Shown: one piece after another, positions 10,501-19,693 of the stretch
Layout: each line of letters begins with the position of its first letter
Numbering within the stretch: position 1 is the first letter of the stretch
Notes under the pieces: model-generated
Told to the model about the DNA's origin: nothing
Database searches by the model: none
The model's input: only the letters and a program-made list of their open reading frames with translations
Position numbers and translations under genes: made by a program
DNA from: Phoronis australis
Lineage: Eukaryota > Animalia > Phoronida
DNA length: 64,000 nt
NCBI GenBank assembly: GCA_002633005.1
Contig: NMRA01000030.1
Location: 962,576 to 1,026,575, forward strand
Direction of reading: 5' to 3'

Positions 10501-13500
10501 CCAAAATACAGAAGTAAATGTAAAAGATTTAAATTGCCACTAGGGGGCACACCTGCAGTCAGATAGGTCTGAAATACTTCGTCATCCATCGTCAACTTCA
10601 TAGAAACACAACTGCCAATCTCATCAAGATCTGGTGAGGGGTTTAAGAGACACAACTGCGGAGGCCGGACGTCCAAACAAAGATCACCGCAATTTGTACC
10701 CACATATAAATATGTGGGCACTTGAAATTCCTTAGGCATCCACTTTGCGTTCTCCTCTAAAGATTGCAGGTCATTTGATTCTGATGACGGGGAACAGCAA
10801 ACATCACAATCCAAGCATAGAACAATAGTATGTACATGATGCAATTTTTAAATTAAGTACACTTGTGAAAATTGTAAATTTTTTTCAACGACCTTGTTAC
10901 AAATACTCAAAAGTCTGCATAGTGTAAACTGTAAGCACTGCATAGTACGTCATTAAGGTGTGTAATTTGACAAAAGTTCCACTTTGCACCATAAGTTTAA
11001 AACAGAGATTTATCAAATTAGAATAGATAAATAAAGAACAACTTGGTTGTGACTAATGTGTCATTAACAGGAAGTTGGAGATTGGAGGTGTTCTATAAAG
11101 GATACTTATGTAGGGCAACCAGAAAGAGTTGGATTGTCTCTCACAGAGCAGATGTAGAGCCAAGGCAACGTTAGGCATCAGCTGTAACATCTTGTCACAT
11201 GACATCAGAGGTCCTGTGGTATGAAAATATAGAACCCAAAATGTCTTCAGTACATTTCACAAAATATTAACAGGAGAAATACAAAGTTTAAAAAATAAAA
11301 AAAGACATAACCAGCCAGAAGAGACTTCTGAGAAACATCTTAAAAAAGAATTGACACCATCTGATTTCATGAGCAAAGTACTCAACACTAAACAAAATCA
11401 AATGAGACTACAGTAACTGTACATGCCTACCCTACAGTGACTGTACACGACTACCCAACAATGACTATGAATGACTACCCAACAGTGACTGTACATGACT
11501 ACCCAACAGTGACTGTACATGACTACCCAACAGTGACTGTACATGACTACCCAACAGTGACTGTAAATGACTACCCAACAGTGACTGTGCATGACTACAC
11601 AACAGTGACTGTACATAACTACCTAACAGTGACCGTGCACGACTACCCAACAATGACCGTGCATGACTACGCAAGAGTGACTGTGCATGACTACCCAACA
11701 GTGACTGTGCATGACCACCCAACAGTGACTGTGTATGCCTACCCAGCAATGACTGTGCATGACTACCCAACAATAACTGCACATGACTACCCAACACTGA
11801 CCGTGCATGACAACACAACAGTGACTGCACATGACTACCCAACACTGACCGTGCATGACAACACAACAGTGACTGTGCATGACTACCCAACACTGACCGT
11901 GCATGACAACACAACAATGAATGTGCATGACTACATATCAGTGACTGTGCATGCCTACCAAACAGTGACTGTGCATGACAACATGACAGTGACTGTTCAT
12001 GACTACCCAACAGTGACTGTGCATGACAACACAATGACTGTACATGACTACACAATGACTGTACATGACTACACAACACTGACTGTGCATCTTTACCCAA
12101 CACTGACTGCTTTGCTGAGTCAATACTCATCATCATCTTCCTTGGCACCATCAAAAATAAGTCCCCAGCCTGCAAAACATGACAAAATATTGCAAAAACA
12201 TTGTCCCCAGTCTGCAGGAACTGACGAAACATTGAAAAAATAGGTCTGCAGCCCGTAAGAAAATTAGAAAATATTATATAAACAGGCTCCCAGCCTGCAA
12301 GAAAATGGAAACAAATATTGCAAAAATATGTCCCCAATTTGTAGGAAATGATAAACAATTGCAAAAATAGGTCGCCAGTCAGCAGGGACAAATATAGTGC
12401 ATCATTTGGCTGTTTTATTAACATCTATCACTTTTTCGAACTGCACTCACAAGTGTCTCCAATAAAACTACACAAACAGTAGCACACAACTGTCTCCAAT
12501 AAAACTACACCAACAGTAGCACACAACTGTCTCCAATAAAACTACACCAACAGTAGTACACAAGTGTCTCTAATAAAACTACACAAACAGTAGTACACAA
12601 GTGTCTCAAATAAAACTACACCAACAGTAGTACACAAGTGTCTCTAATAAAACTACACCAACAGTAGTACACAAGTGTCTCCAATAAAACTACACCATCA
12701 GTAGTACACAAGTGTCTCCAATAAAACTACACCATCAGTAGTACACAAGTCTCTCTAATAAAACTACACCAACAGTAGTACACAAGTGTCTCTAATAAAA
12801 CTACACCAACAGTAGTACACAACTGTCTCTAATAAAACTACACCAACAGTAGTACACAAGTGTCTCAAATAAAACTACACCAACAGTAGCAGACAAGTGT
12901 CTCCAATAAAAGTACACCAACAGCAGAACAGAAGCATCAGAAAGAGAAGCATGCCAAACAACAAATTACCTGAATAAGTTTGTTGGCCTTTAGACCAAAA
13001 CCTTGATCTTGTGCCGAGAAAATAGTGACAGCTTCTGTGTTCACCCCATTCTTGACCAGCCAATCAATGAATTCTGTGATGCACTCATTTCTATCAGGTG
13101 CTGCCGTCTGCATATCTAAAACAAAACAGAAATATCTTGTACAGAAAGCAGTGTGCAAGGAGTTGACAGTCAACTAAGCAATGTATGCTTCAGCTATGTA
13201 TTTGAGATGATCTCAATTCAGATGACTGATTTAGCAAAAAGTGAATGACATTCACATTCTGCCAAGTGCTGTGATTTACCCGCTTGTTTTTCTCTGAGTC
13301 TCTCTACCAGTTGATAGATCTCTGTGTATTCCTCCCATTCGCAGGCTGGATTGCTTGCAGGTTTGGTACACTCTGGAATACGACAGGATAAAATGACTTG
13401 AAACAGAATGTGAAGTAAATGGAATATAATGCTCAATTCAAGCATTGATATAGCCAGGACCCGGTCTATGCTATTCATCAAATAGATTTACAGATGGGCA

Positions 13501-16089
13501 CCATCTTATATCGCCTATAGAAAACTTTAGGTTTGCCGATGGAGGAATTGAAAATATAGATTTTTAGGAAACTCTGATACATGTATTTATATATAAAGAA
13601 AAGATATTGATGGAGTAATGTAAACACGGGTCGTGTCATGGTTCATGCAAGCAAAATTATCACCTTCACGATTCACAACTGTCTGCATTGTTTTGTTTCA
13701 TGGATTACCTGACAGCACATTTCTCTAACCAGTTGCCACCGATTCTCTGTCAACATGGCTACTATGGCCCAAATGTACACATTAAGGCCCATAGGCCTAC
13801 ATGTGAAACATGGCATTTTTCTCAAAATAATTGTTTTGCCTATAGCACCACTGTCTATACTTAAATTACAGGGGAATGAAGTTACTTCTTTGTGACCAGT
13901 GAAAATGTGTTTTCTTACGAACATGAAAGAGGTGTTTTTCACATCCGTGAACTGTGTCACCATGAACTTGACTAGGACATCATGGGGGGTAATGTGACTG
14001 AGAGCAGACTTGGTGGTGACCCCGGGAATGATTGATAGCAACCATCAGAGGACTGGAAATGTATCATGGTCCATTAAACAAACAAGACATATTCTGCCTC
14101 CATGAACCATGTGGCAACCTTTCATTAAGGGTGCAATTTCCCAACCATTGTGTCCTTGCATCTGGTTCTTTATGGAGTTTTCCAACTCCTCTAGGTTAAC
14201 TTTCTGATGTAGGTTAATGCTAATGACCCAAATTTTGAAATTTCCACTTTGCCCATGCCAAGATTAGCAGCCATCCCCTTAAAAGTGTCTGTGCCTTTGA
14301 GAATGCCTGACTTTCTTTGGCTCCCAAACCATATGCATTTGGGTAACAAACAATCAGTGTTAACAATACCTTGACATATTTGGCCGGGAAAATTCCTATT
14401 TTTACATAAGAAAAAAATATTTTTTTAGCACATTCTAATATTTTGTAGTTGTTTGCAAAAATGACACTAGAATTTACGCAAATTAAAGAAAATCTTCAGG
14501 TCATGTAAACGCTAACCAATCAATTCTCAAAATTTTACTTCTAAAAGCACCCACGCTTGCTTTAACCACTTGGTGATTTTTGAAGTTATTCTTACAGAGG
14601 GCGCTACCATAGTTACACTTCTTCATTGTTAGTGTACTAAAATAAAAACAGGTTTCACTTGCATAAATCAATGATTTACAAATAATCAATTATCGGCTCT
14701 CTCTATGCCAGGCACAATCACAAAGCATTGCTACCTTTTAAACTAAAGCCACAGTCAATTTCTGAAAAACAATTGAAGACCAATGGCACAATGGCTCAGT
14801 AATAAGTTGATTTGTGTGATGGAAATAACTTCTCATTGGACACAGGAACTAGAACAGTCTTAAGAAGCAAACTGTGAAATATACAGATCTTGCCTGTGCT
14901 GCTTCCTCTGGACATGGTTAGCAGACAGGTGACCTGTCCATAAACTCTCTGTACGCTGTTATTTGATTGTAACGGAGTTCAAACTTAAATTTCATTGACA
15001 GAATGAAGACTATTAAAATAACGTTGATTGCCAGAACAGCTGCTAGCGTGGGAAGGATTTGAAAGAACCAACAGCTTCTCAAGGTGTCCATCTAAACTCT
15101 CCAAAGGTGCCCCTAATAATCTGATTTTCATAGTTTAGCCAAGTTTAAACAAAATTTGCAGAAAATCTCCTGGCATACAGGATTGATTACAGCTGTATTG
15201 TACCACGCGACTTTCGAACTTGTCAGTCCAATAAAGCCGCTCCAAACTGCTTTGAAGTGGCAAAATTAATGGTTTGGTTGCCTGACTCTCAAGCAGGAAC
15301 CCCGTTTCAAGTTTCTACTTCTGCAGATTTTTCGACATTATGTGAGCGCCGCCTAACATGACATAGTATGCACGCATTAACAAATGGATGCACGAGTTCA
15401 GTCTACAGAAGTTATGACAATCTCTGGTGCAGATAAAACTAGATTTTACCAGTAGAGCATAGACCCACAATAGTTGAGCCACAGTCAGAGTAAAACAGTA
15501 CTACCATCCGAACCACGAACTGAAACAGTGGACTACCTTGACAGTGGCCACCGTCTAGTCCCAGTAGAGACGGTTAAGTGCCTATATGAACTCCCATTTT
15601 TACTGCGCCCACCAGGAGCACAGGGAGCGTTACAATGGCCAGTTGCTGATTTGGGCAACTGAACAAACGACTGCTTGAAGAAAAAGTTTGATGACGGGAG
15701 TATTTGTTCGAGCTGGAAGAAATTAAGAACATGTTGACAGCCTTCTAAGCCAGGTGTTACTCTACGCGCAAAAGGTATTTATACTTATAGCAACGTGACC
15801 TTGATGCTTTACTCGGTGTGAAGCATAATTCGCCAAAACGTTTCTGGCGTATGAAGCTCCTACACTGTCTCTACAGAGTCAGCTACAGACGGTGGTCACT
15901 GTCTACCCTGCTTTAACTTCTAGCTTCATTCATTTGATTTGCTTCATGTTCCACTCCGTCAAGACAAGAGAACTCACTTTCCAAGACCATATTCACAAGA
16001 TCCATAACGCCGCTTTCGACGCTTTTTTCCTGAAGCCCGGTCCTAGACAAAGGTGCATTTGCTGCACGTCTCTTATTTTTCTTCCCCAT
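1482..16089 (-). CDS. SETD3: SETD3 orthologue (actin-histidine N-methyltransferase), 5' nine coding exons; gene continues beyond the left edge
   Basis: Exons 16089-15978, 13372-13280, 13115-12970, 12169-12097, 11213-11106, 7683-7603, 6085-6021, 5280-5222 and 1596-1482 join in frame with GT..AG ends. They give MGKKNKRR...EWEEYTEIYQLVERLREKQ...GFGLKANKLIQAGDLFLMVPRKMMMSIDSAKQSVLGPL...ALALHLLCERQSNSFWLPYI...YKNIARQYCYFYKLFQ...KLPIRHNFCYHDYRWAVSAVMTRQNQVPT...FIPLWDMCNHANGQ, colinear with human SETD3 as recalled. Confidence 0.95.
2027..3744 (+). mobile_element. Non-autonomous Kolobok-like DNA transposon carrying a THAP-domain remnant
   Basis: Perfect 14-bp TIRs AGGAGAATGCCACC (2027-2040) / GGTGGCATTCTCCT (3731-3744), TTAA on both sides (2023-2026, 3745-3748). 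TTAA target with AG...CT termini and a THAP domain fits Kolobok. Confidence 0.8.
2190..2486 (+). pseudogene. THAP (C2CH) zinc-finger ORF, truncated transposase N-terminus
   Basis: C..VPAC...FFRLP...W...LRVCGRHF pattern; lies inside the TIR element; no DDE domain follows. Confidence 0.8.
3951..5193 (+). mobile_element. Internally deleted BEL/Pao LTR retrotransposon: 5' LTR stub, integrase C-terminal part, PPT, 3' LTR
   Basis: AIHLEVV..LETDCFI...RF.AR.G....IFSDNG.NF....ELR...WSFNPP.AS.FGGLW integrase with stops. PPT GGGGGAGAAA at 4890-4899; LTR TGTTACAGCAGACGCA...AACA at 4900-5193. The same 16-bp start occurs at 3951. Flanks GTCAT/GTCAC are a likely 5-bp TSD. Confidence 0.85.
5222..5280 (-). 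CDS. SETD3: SETD3 coding exon 8 (SHHDATKLPIRHNFCYHDYR)
   Basis: ttacag acceptor, GTATGT donor; matches ANKLPLKDSFTYEDYR. Confidence 0.9.
5343..5578. repeat. 34-bp minisatellite, ~7 copies
   Basis: Unit GTGGTTTGCCAGTGTAGACAGGTTGTGTACTGAA, starting ~60 nt from the exon-8 acceptor. Confidence 0.9.
6021..6085 (-). CDS. SETD3: SETD3 coding exon 7 (SEAISLYKNIARQYCYFYKLFQ)
   Basis: gacag acceptor, GTATGT donor; matches YKNTARQYAYFYK. Confidence 0.92.
7603..7683 (-). CDS. SETD3: SETD3 coding exon 6 (KFLPSTYSTCLYFTPDEIKELKGSPVF)
   Basis: Preceded by TCCTTAAC and AG; donor GTAAGT; matches TLPSEYDTPLYFEEDEVRYL. Confidence 0.9.
7830..8940 (+). repeat. Diverged satellite, ~148-bp monomers in a ~447-bp three-monomer higher-order unit; related segments at ~6470-7070 and ~10370-10700
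   Basis: Recurring GCCAC(T/C)AG(G/A)(G/T)GGC-like cores at ~7837, 7996, 8140, 8286, 8442, 8587, 8731; every third monomer is most similar. Confidence 0.75.
9279..9728. other. Assembly gap (450 N) flanked by duplicated sequence
   Basis: 9023-9278 is near-identical to 9729-9984. Confidence 0.95.
11106..11213 (-). CDS. SETD3: SETD3 coding exon 5 (GPLMSCDKMLQLMPNVALALHLLCERQSNSFWLPYI)
   Basis: ccacag acceptor; U12-type donor GTATCCTTT; not in the ORF track, found by manual translation. Confidence 0.92.
11410..12109. repeat. 24-bp minisatellite, ~29 copies, overlapping the SETD3 exon-4 donor
   Basis: Unit GTGACTGTGCATGACTACCCAACA; explains the repetitive ORFs (VTVHDYPT, QSLLGSHA, HSHCWVVM). Confidence 0.95.
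12097..12169 (-). CDS. SETD3: SETD3 coding exon 4 (AGDLFLMVPRKMMMSIDSAKQSVLG)
   Basis: ttgcag acceptor, GTAAAG donor; matches LFLWVPRKLLMTVESAKNSVLG. Confidence 0.92.
12161..12388. repeat. Degenerate ~42-bp tandem repeat, 5-6 copies, overlapping the SETD3 exon-4 acceptor
   Basis: GTCCCCAGCCTGCAAAACATGACAAAATATTGCAAAAACATT-like units at ~12161, 12203, 12244, 12286, 12330, 12371. Confidence 0.8.
12448..12922. repeat. 37-bp minisatellite, ~13 copies
   Basis: Unit CACAAGTGTCTCTAATAAAACTACACCAACAGTAGTA, ~50 nt from the exon-3 donor. Confidence 0.95.
12970..13115 (-). CDS. SETD3: SETD3 coding exon 3 (DMQTAAPDRNEC...QGFGLKANKLIQ)
   Basis: ttttag acceptor, GTAATT donor; SET-domain GFGL motif. Confidence 0.92.
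13280..13372 (-). CDS. SETD3: SETD3 coding exon 2 (KCTKPASNPACEWEEYTEIYQLVERLREKQA)
   Basis: ttccag acceptor, GTAAAT donor; EWEEY motif. Confidence 0.92.
15978..16089 (-). CDS. SETD3: SETD3 coding exon 1 (MGKKNKRR...VNMVLE)
   Basis: ATG at 16089; MGKK start as in SETD3; donor GTGAGT; phase 1. Confidence 0.85.
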
Positions 16090-16597
16090 TTTAATGCGTT
16101 GGCCAGCTTTTACCTTGAGTTCGACTGAGACAATCGTCGTCCACCATTGCCCTAAAACGATTTCAGCGCCTCCTATGAGTAAACTTTCTCGTTCCCTTTT
16201 ATGGTCTGTCGATGATAACGCGCCTGGTGGCAACTTTGAAAATGGTAATCGTCGACTTGTTTTTTTTATTTTGTACCTATTTCCATGTACGCGTGAACCG
16301 TAGCTACGAATCTGCTAAGTCACACTAGTGCTGTCACTGCCTCCACTCAGCACCGCCGACTAGCTTACGAATTATCATTCCGCCTGGTACTGACGGGGAC
16401 CTCTCTGGCAGCCGAAGGGTCGCACGGCCCGCCGGACCGTCGGTGACAGTCCTCGCCACTCACCAGGCAATAAAAGTGACTCGGTGACGATTCTCCCTCA
16501 GAAGAAACTGAGTAGCCAATTTTGCATTCTGTCCGGCGATATCGATCGTTTAGATGTGTTCACCTAACTCCGCGTGTATTTATTTGCTTAGCTAAAT

Positions 16598-16598
16598 A

Positions 16599-16666
<68 letters not shown>

Positions 16667-16693
16667 GTAATATCAGTAATAGTAATAATAATA
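16598..16693. repeat. (TAT)n microsatellite followed by a degenerate AAT run
   Basis: Direct reading. Confidence 0.95.
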
Positions 16694-18666
16694 CTGAAGG
16701 TCCCACAGAAAACAAAAAACGTCATCGGACACTTTTGAGTGTTAAATCTCCCGTTTAACAAAAAACGCAGTCAGTTCTCGTCGTTATCGGTGCTGTGGGC
16801 AACATTTCATTCATGCGTTTTGCCGGCATAGATGCAGATGCCTTGCTTTTCAATCCAATTGTCCCGTTTTTTAGCTCAAGCGTTGAAAAATATGCAACAG
16901 TTGTCTCTTTATTATGAGTTCATTTTCCTCAGTAACATAACAATCGTAAAAATGTGTCACATGAATGTTTCGGGTAACACACAAAAAATGCATCAATATC
17001 ACTAATTTTTACTTTCTGAAGAAAAGCGTTTATTTCTAAACTACTTCGTAAAGTCCCACACTGCAACCAATGTAATGAGCCATCCACAATAGGTGTTTGC
17101 CCTTGTTAACCCATTATCCGCAAAAAAAATCAAAAATATAAATGAAAGTTGTTCGGAAGAAGTTTTTGGTTTTAAACTTACTTCGTTTTTACTTAACAAA
17201 CATTTCACCCTAAGCGCTATACCCATAGAAATTACACCTAAACAAACGAATGCGAATAATTTTCACGCATGTACCGCGCAATATTAGCCGCGCGAGATCC
17301 CGGCACGTTGGCATTCCATGCCTAGAATTCCATGTTTGATGGTAATAATATGAAAAACTGATGACGAAATAACACCAAATGCGATAACTTATGAACTGCA
17401 GACAACTGTGTAAAAGAAGACGAGTTGGTTGAAGAATCAAAGTAGAAATTGGCTAATGGGTAACGTCAATGAGGCTCTATTTCACGACCCTGAAACCGAC
17501 GCAGAGGCTCCTCAAATTAGCAACACTAGAATCACGACACAGCAATAAGTTGTTCTAACTTATTTGCTTTACTAAAGGGACAGTATAGTTTTAACGACTT
17601 TTTGTGTCAGTTTATATTTGTCAATTTGTTAATCCATATTGTTCCACAGCTGTACGATAAAAAACTTGTGTATAAAGGCATTGTTTCAAACCCATGAACT
17701 TGATATACTGGTAAATAAATATCTAATGTTAGTACAACGAATAAATGCACGTTTAATGTCATTACTACTATATCAGCCCCGCCTGGTCTCGCCAACACCT
17801 TTACTCAAAGTTGTCGTCACAGAAAAGATAATAATTTTGTTTAATAGTTTTAATTTTGCTTAGACTATCTAAAAGCTATCACAAAAGATTAACCGGCGCT
17901 GCATGGTGCCGATCTTGGTGAAATAATTATTCATCATTAATGGTTCAGCAGCATTTTCACGAAAGACGACGCTCTATAATACACGCAGTGTTGGCTTACG
18001 TAGTTAACGGTTACAACAGTCCAGACTCACTGAAATGATTAAGAATATCCAAAATTGTCAAAACATGCTTAAAAGTCTCCGTTGAAAATTGGAAGAAAAA
18101 AAGAGGTCACCTCCAACACGAATGAAAAGATGTAGAGTGATTGTACATGTATATGCACCTATGGCGTCGTTTTTCAAAGGCATTGTGTGACGATTGTCTT
18201 CTCACATCCGGTGACATCACAAACAACTTGGTGAATTAGCGCATGAAATTCATGTGTGAGACCCACTGCCGCCACAAAAAAGGCAAAAAACCTTGCGATG
18301 TCGATAAAAAGCATCATTGGCATTAACCATTTCCTCCTATGGATCTTTGCAGGTAATCCATCTTCACAGTTGTGCGTTGTAGTATGCCAATTTTCGTAGG
18401 ATGTCGAATTGTTGATCCCCATGATGTCACATATCTTTCAAGAATAAGAAACAGAAACAAAAACGGAACTAAAATCTTCTAGATATTAGCATTAACTTGC
18501 GTGTCGGTTAGTTCAAGGTTTGTGCAAGTGGCGCAACACCCAGTTCATGTTATTTAATGCTCCGGCGTGTTACAGCGCAAGAATGTAGGCCAACAAATTT
18601 GGAAGGATATGGGTAAAGAAGTACGCGAAACAAAACACAAAATTAATTTCATTAAAAACTACTCTA

Positions 18667-18875
18667 CAATGGCAGATCTAGGATATCACAAGGGGGGCAA
18701 CATTTTGTCCGGCTGTAAGCATTTGCGCCAACCACGATTGTAGATGCGTATAGCACCGAATGGGGGGAGGTCGGGAGGGGGGTTTTCCCCCTCCCGTCCA
18801 GGAAATGTTTCTGTTTTTTCCTCTAAAAATCAAGCATTTTCCTTGATTCCTGAGGTATTATCCAAGAAAAAAAAG

Positions 18876-18912
<37 letters not shown>

Positions 18913-19693
18913 GCAGAGCACGTGTCAAACAGGAAAAACTGCATGTACCACAGACTCGAAGTCACGACCTGGCGTTTAGAGCGAGCGTGCTTTGCCACTA
19001 CCCCACCACGATTTAAATGCTAACGTGACACTAAGAGACCTACTTGTTTATAGTCCACAGCGTTTTCGCGCGAAACCCACTTCTTTTTATAATGCTTATT
19101 ATACGTTTTATATTTTGTGCAATCGGTTCTTAACAAATTTGTTGTATTTAAAATAGTCTTCAAATGCCCAAAAGACCAAATTCGTTTTTCGTGTTGGCAA
19201 TAATGACGGGATTGCTTCGGAAATAGTTTTAAGTTAACTAAAGGTTTCACAAAGAGAGAATTATGAGTTTCTGAGTGATTCACTAAGGCTTCGATTAAAA
19301 TTCACATCTTACCAGCAGCTTCTGTTTTTTCGTCGTCACTCAGGTTCCATTTCTTTAAAACATGAAGTAAATTTCCTTTATTGCACAGTGGAGCAGACGA
19401 CAGAAACGAGTCGTAGTGCGCAGCGCCACTGTGGGTCGCCTGGGATATCGCGGGAGAGCCTATACTTAGCCATAGTTCGGTTACGAATGCGCCGTGTTCC
19501 GAATTTGACACTTGAAATTGGATCTGAGCCCCCCCCAAACACTAAAACTGCACACATTTGAATCTTGTTTCATCCGTATAATTTTAATTACCGGGGTTTA
19601 TTAATAAACTCAACATTTCCCTACGCTCTTGCTGTTTTATTTTTTTTTGCCGTAGCCAAGGGGGGGGGCTGCCCCCCCCTAAATCCGCCTATG
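18667..19693. mobile_element. Unclassified non-autonomous TIR element, ~1 kb, 5-bp TSD
   Basis: Ends CAATGGCAGATCTAGG / CCTAAATCCGCCTATG are imperfect inverted repeats; CTCTA flanks both sides (18662-18666, 19694-19698); G/C-rich subtermini and an internal poly-A. Confidence 0.7.

Larger units (their letters stand above)
7684..11105 (-). other. U12-type (minor spliceosome) GT-AG intron of SETD3
   Basis: 5' splice site GTATCCTTT (11105-11097); branch site TCCTTAAC (7701-7694) followed by only ATTTGATCAG before the exon; no polypyrimidine tract. Confidence 0.9.

Noticed and set aside
11398-12424. Long repetitive ORFs (VTVHDYPT, HSHCWVVM, QSLLGSHA) as independent genes
   Set aside because: Products of a 24-bp minisatellite open in several frames on both strands; only 12097-12169 matches SETD3
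12448-12922. CRISPR-like array (also 5343-5578 and 22241-22416)
   Set aside because: Head-to-tail repeats with no unique spacers, no cas genes, eukaryotic context
16320-16600. GC-rich segment upstream of SETD3 as a SINE, tRNA or HDV-like ribozyme
   Set aside because: Ends near an (ATT)n tract and may be a retroposon fragment, but I could not build a cloverleaf or pseudoknot or find a TSD
16522-16758. Poly-Ile ORF and other microsatellite ORFs (25333-25599, 27984-28268, 45645-45926, 18744-19016)
   Set aside because: Translations of simple repeats
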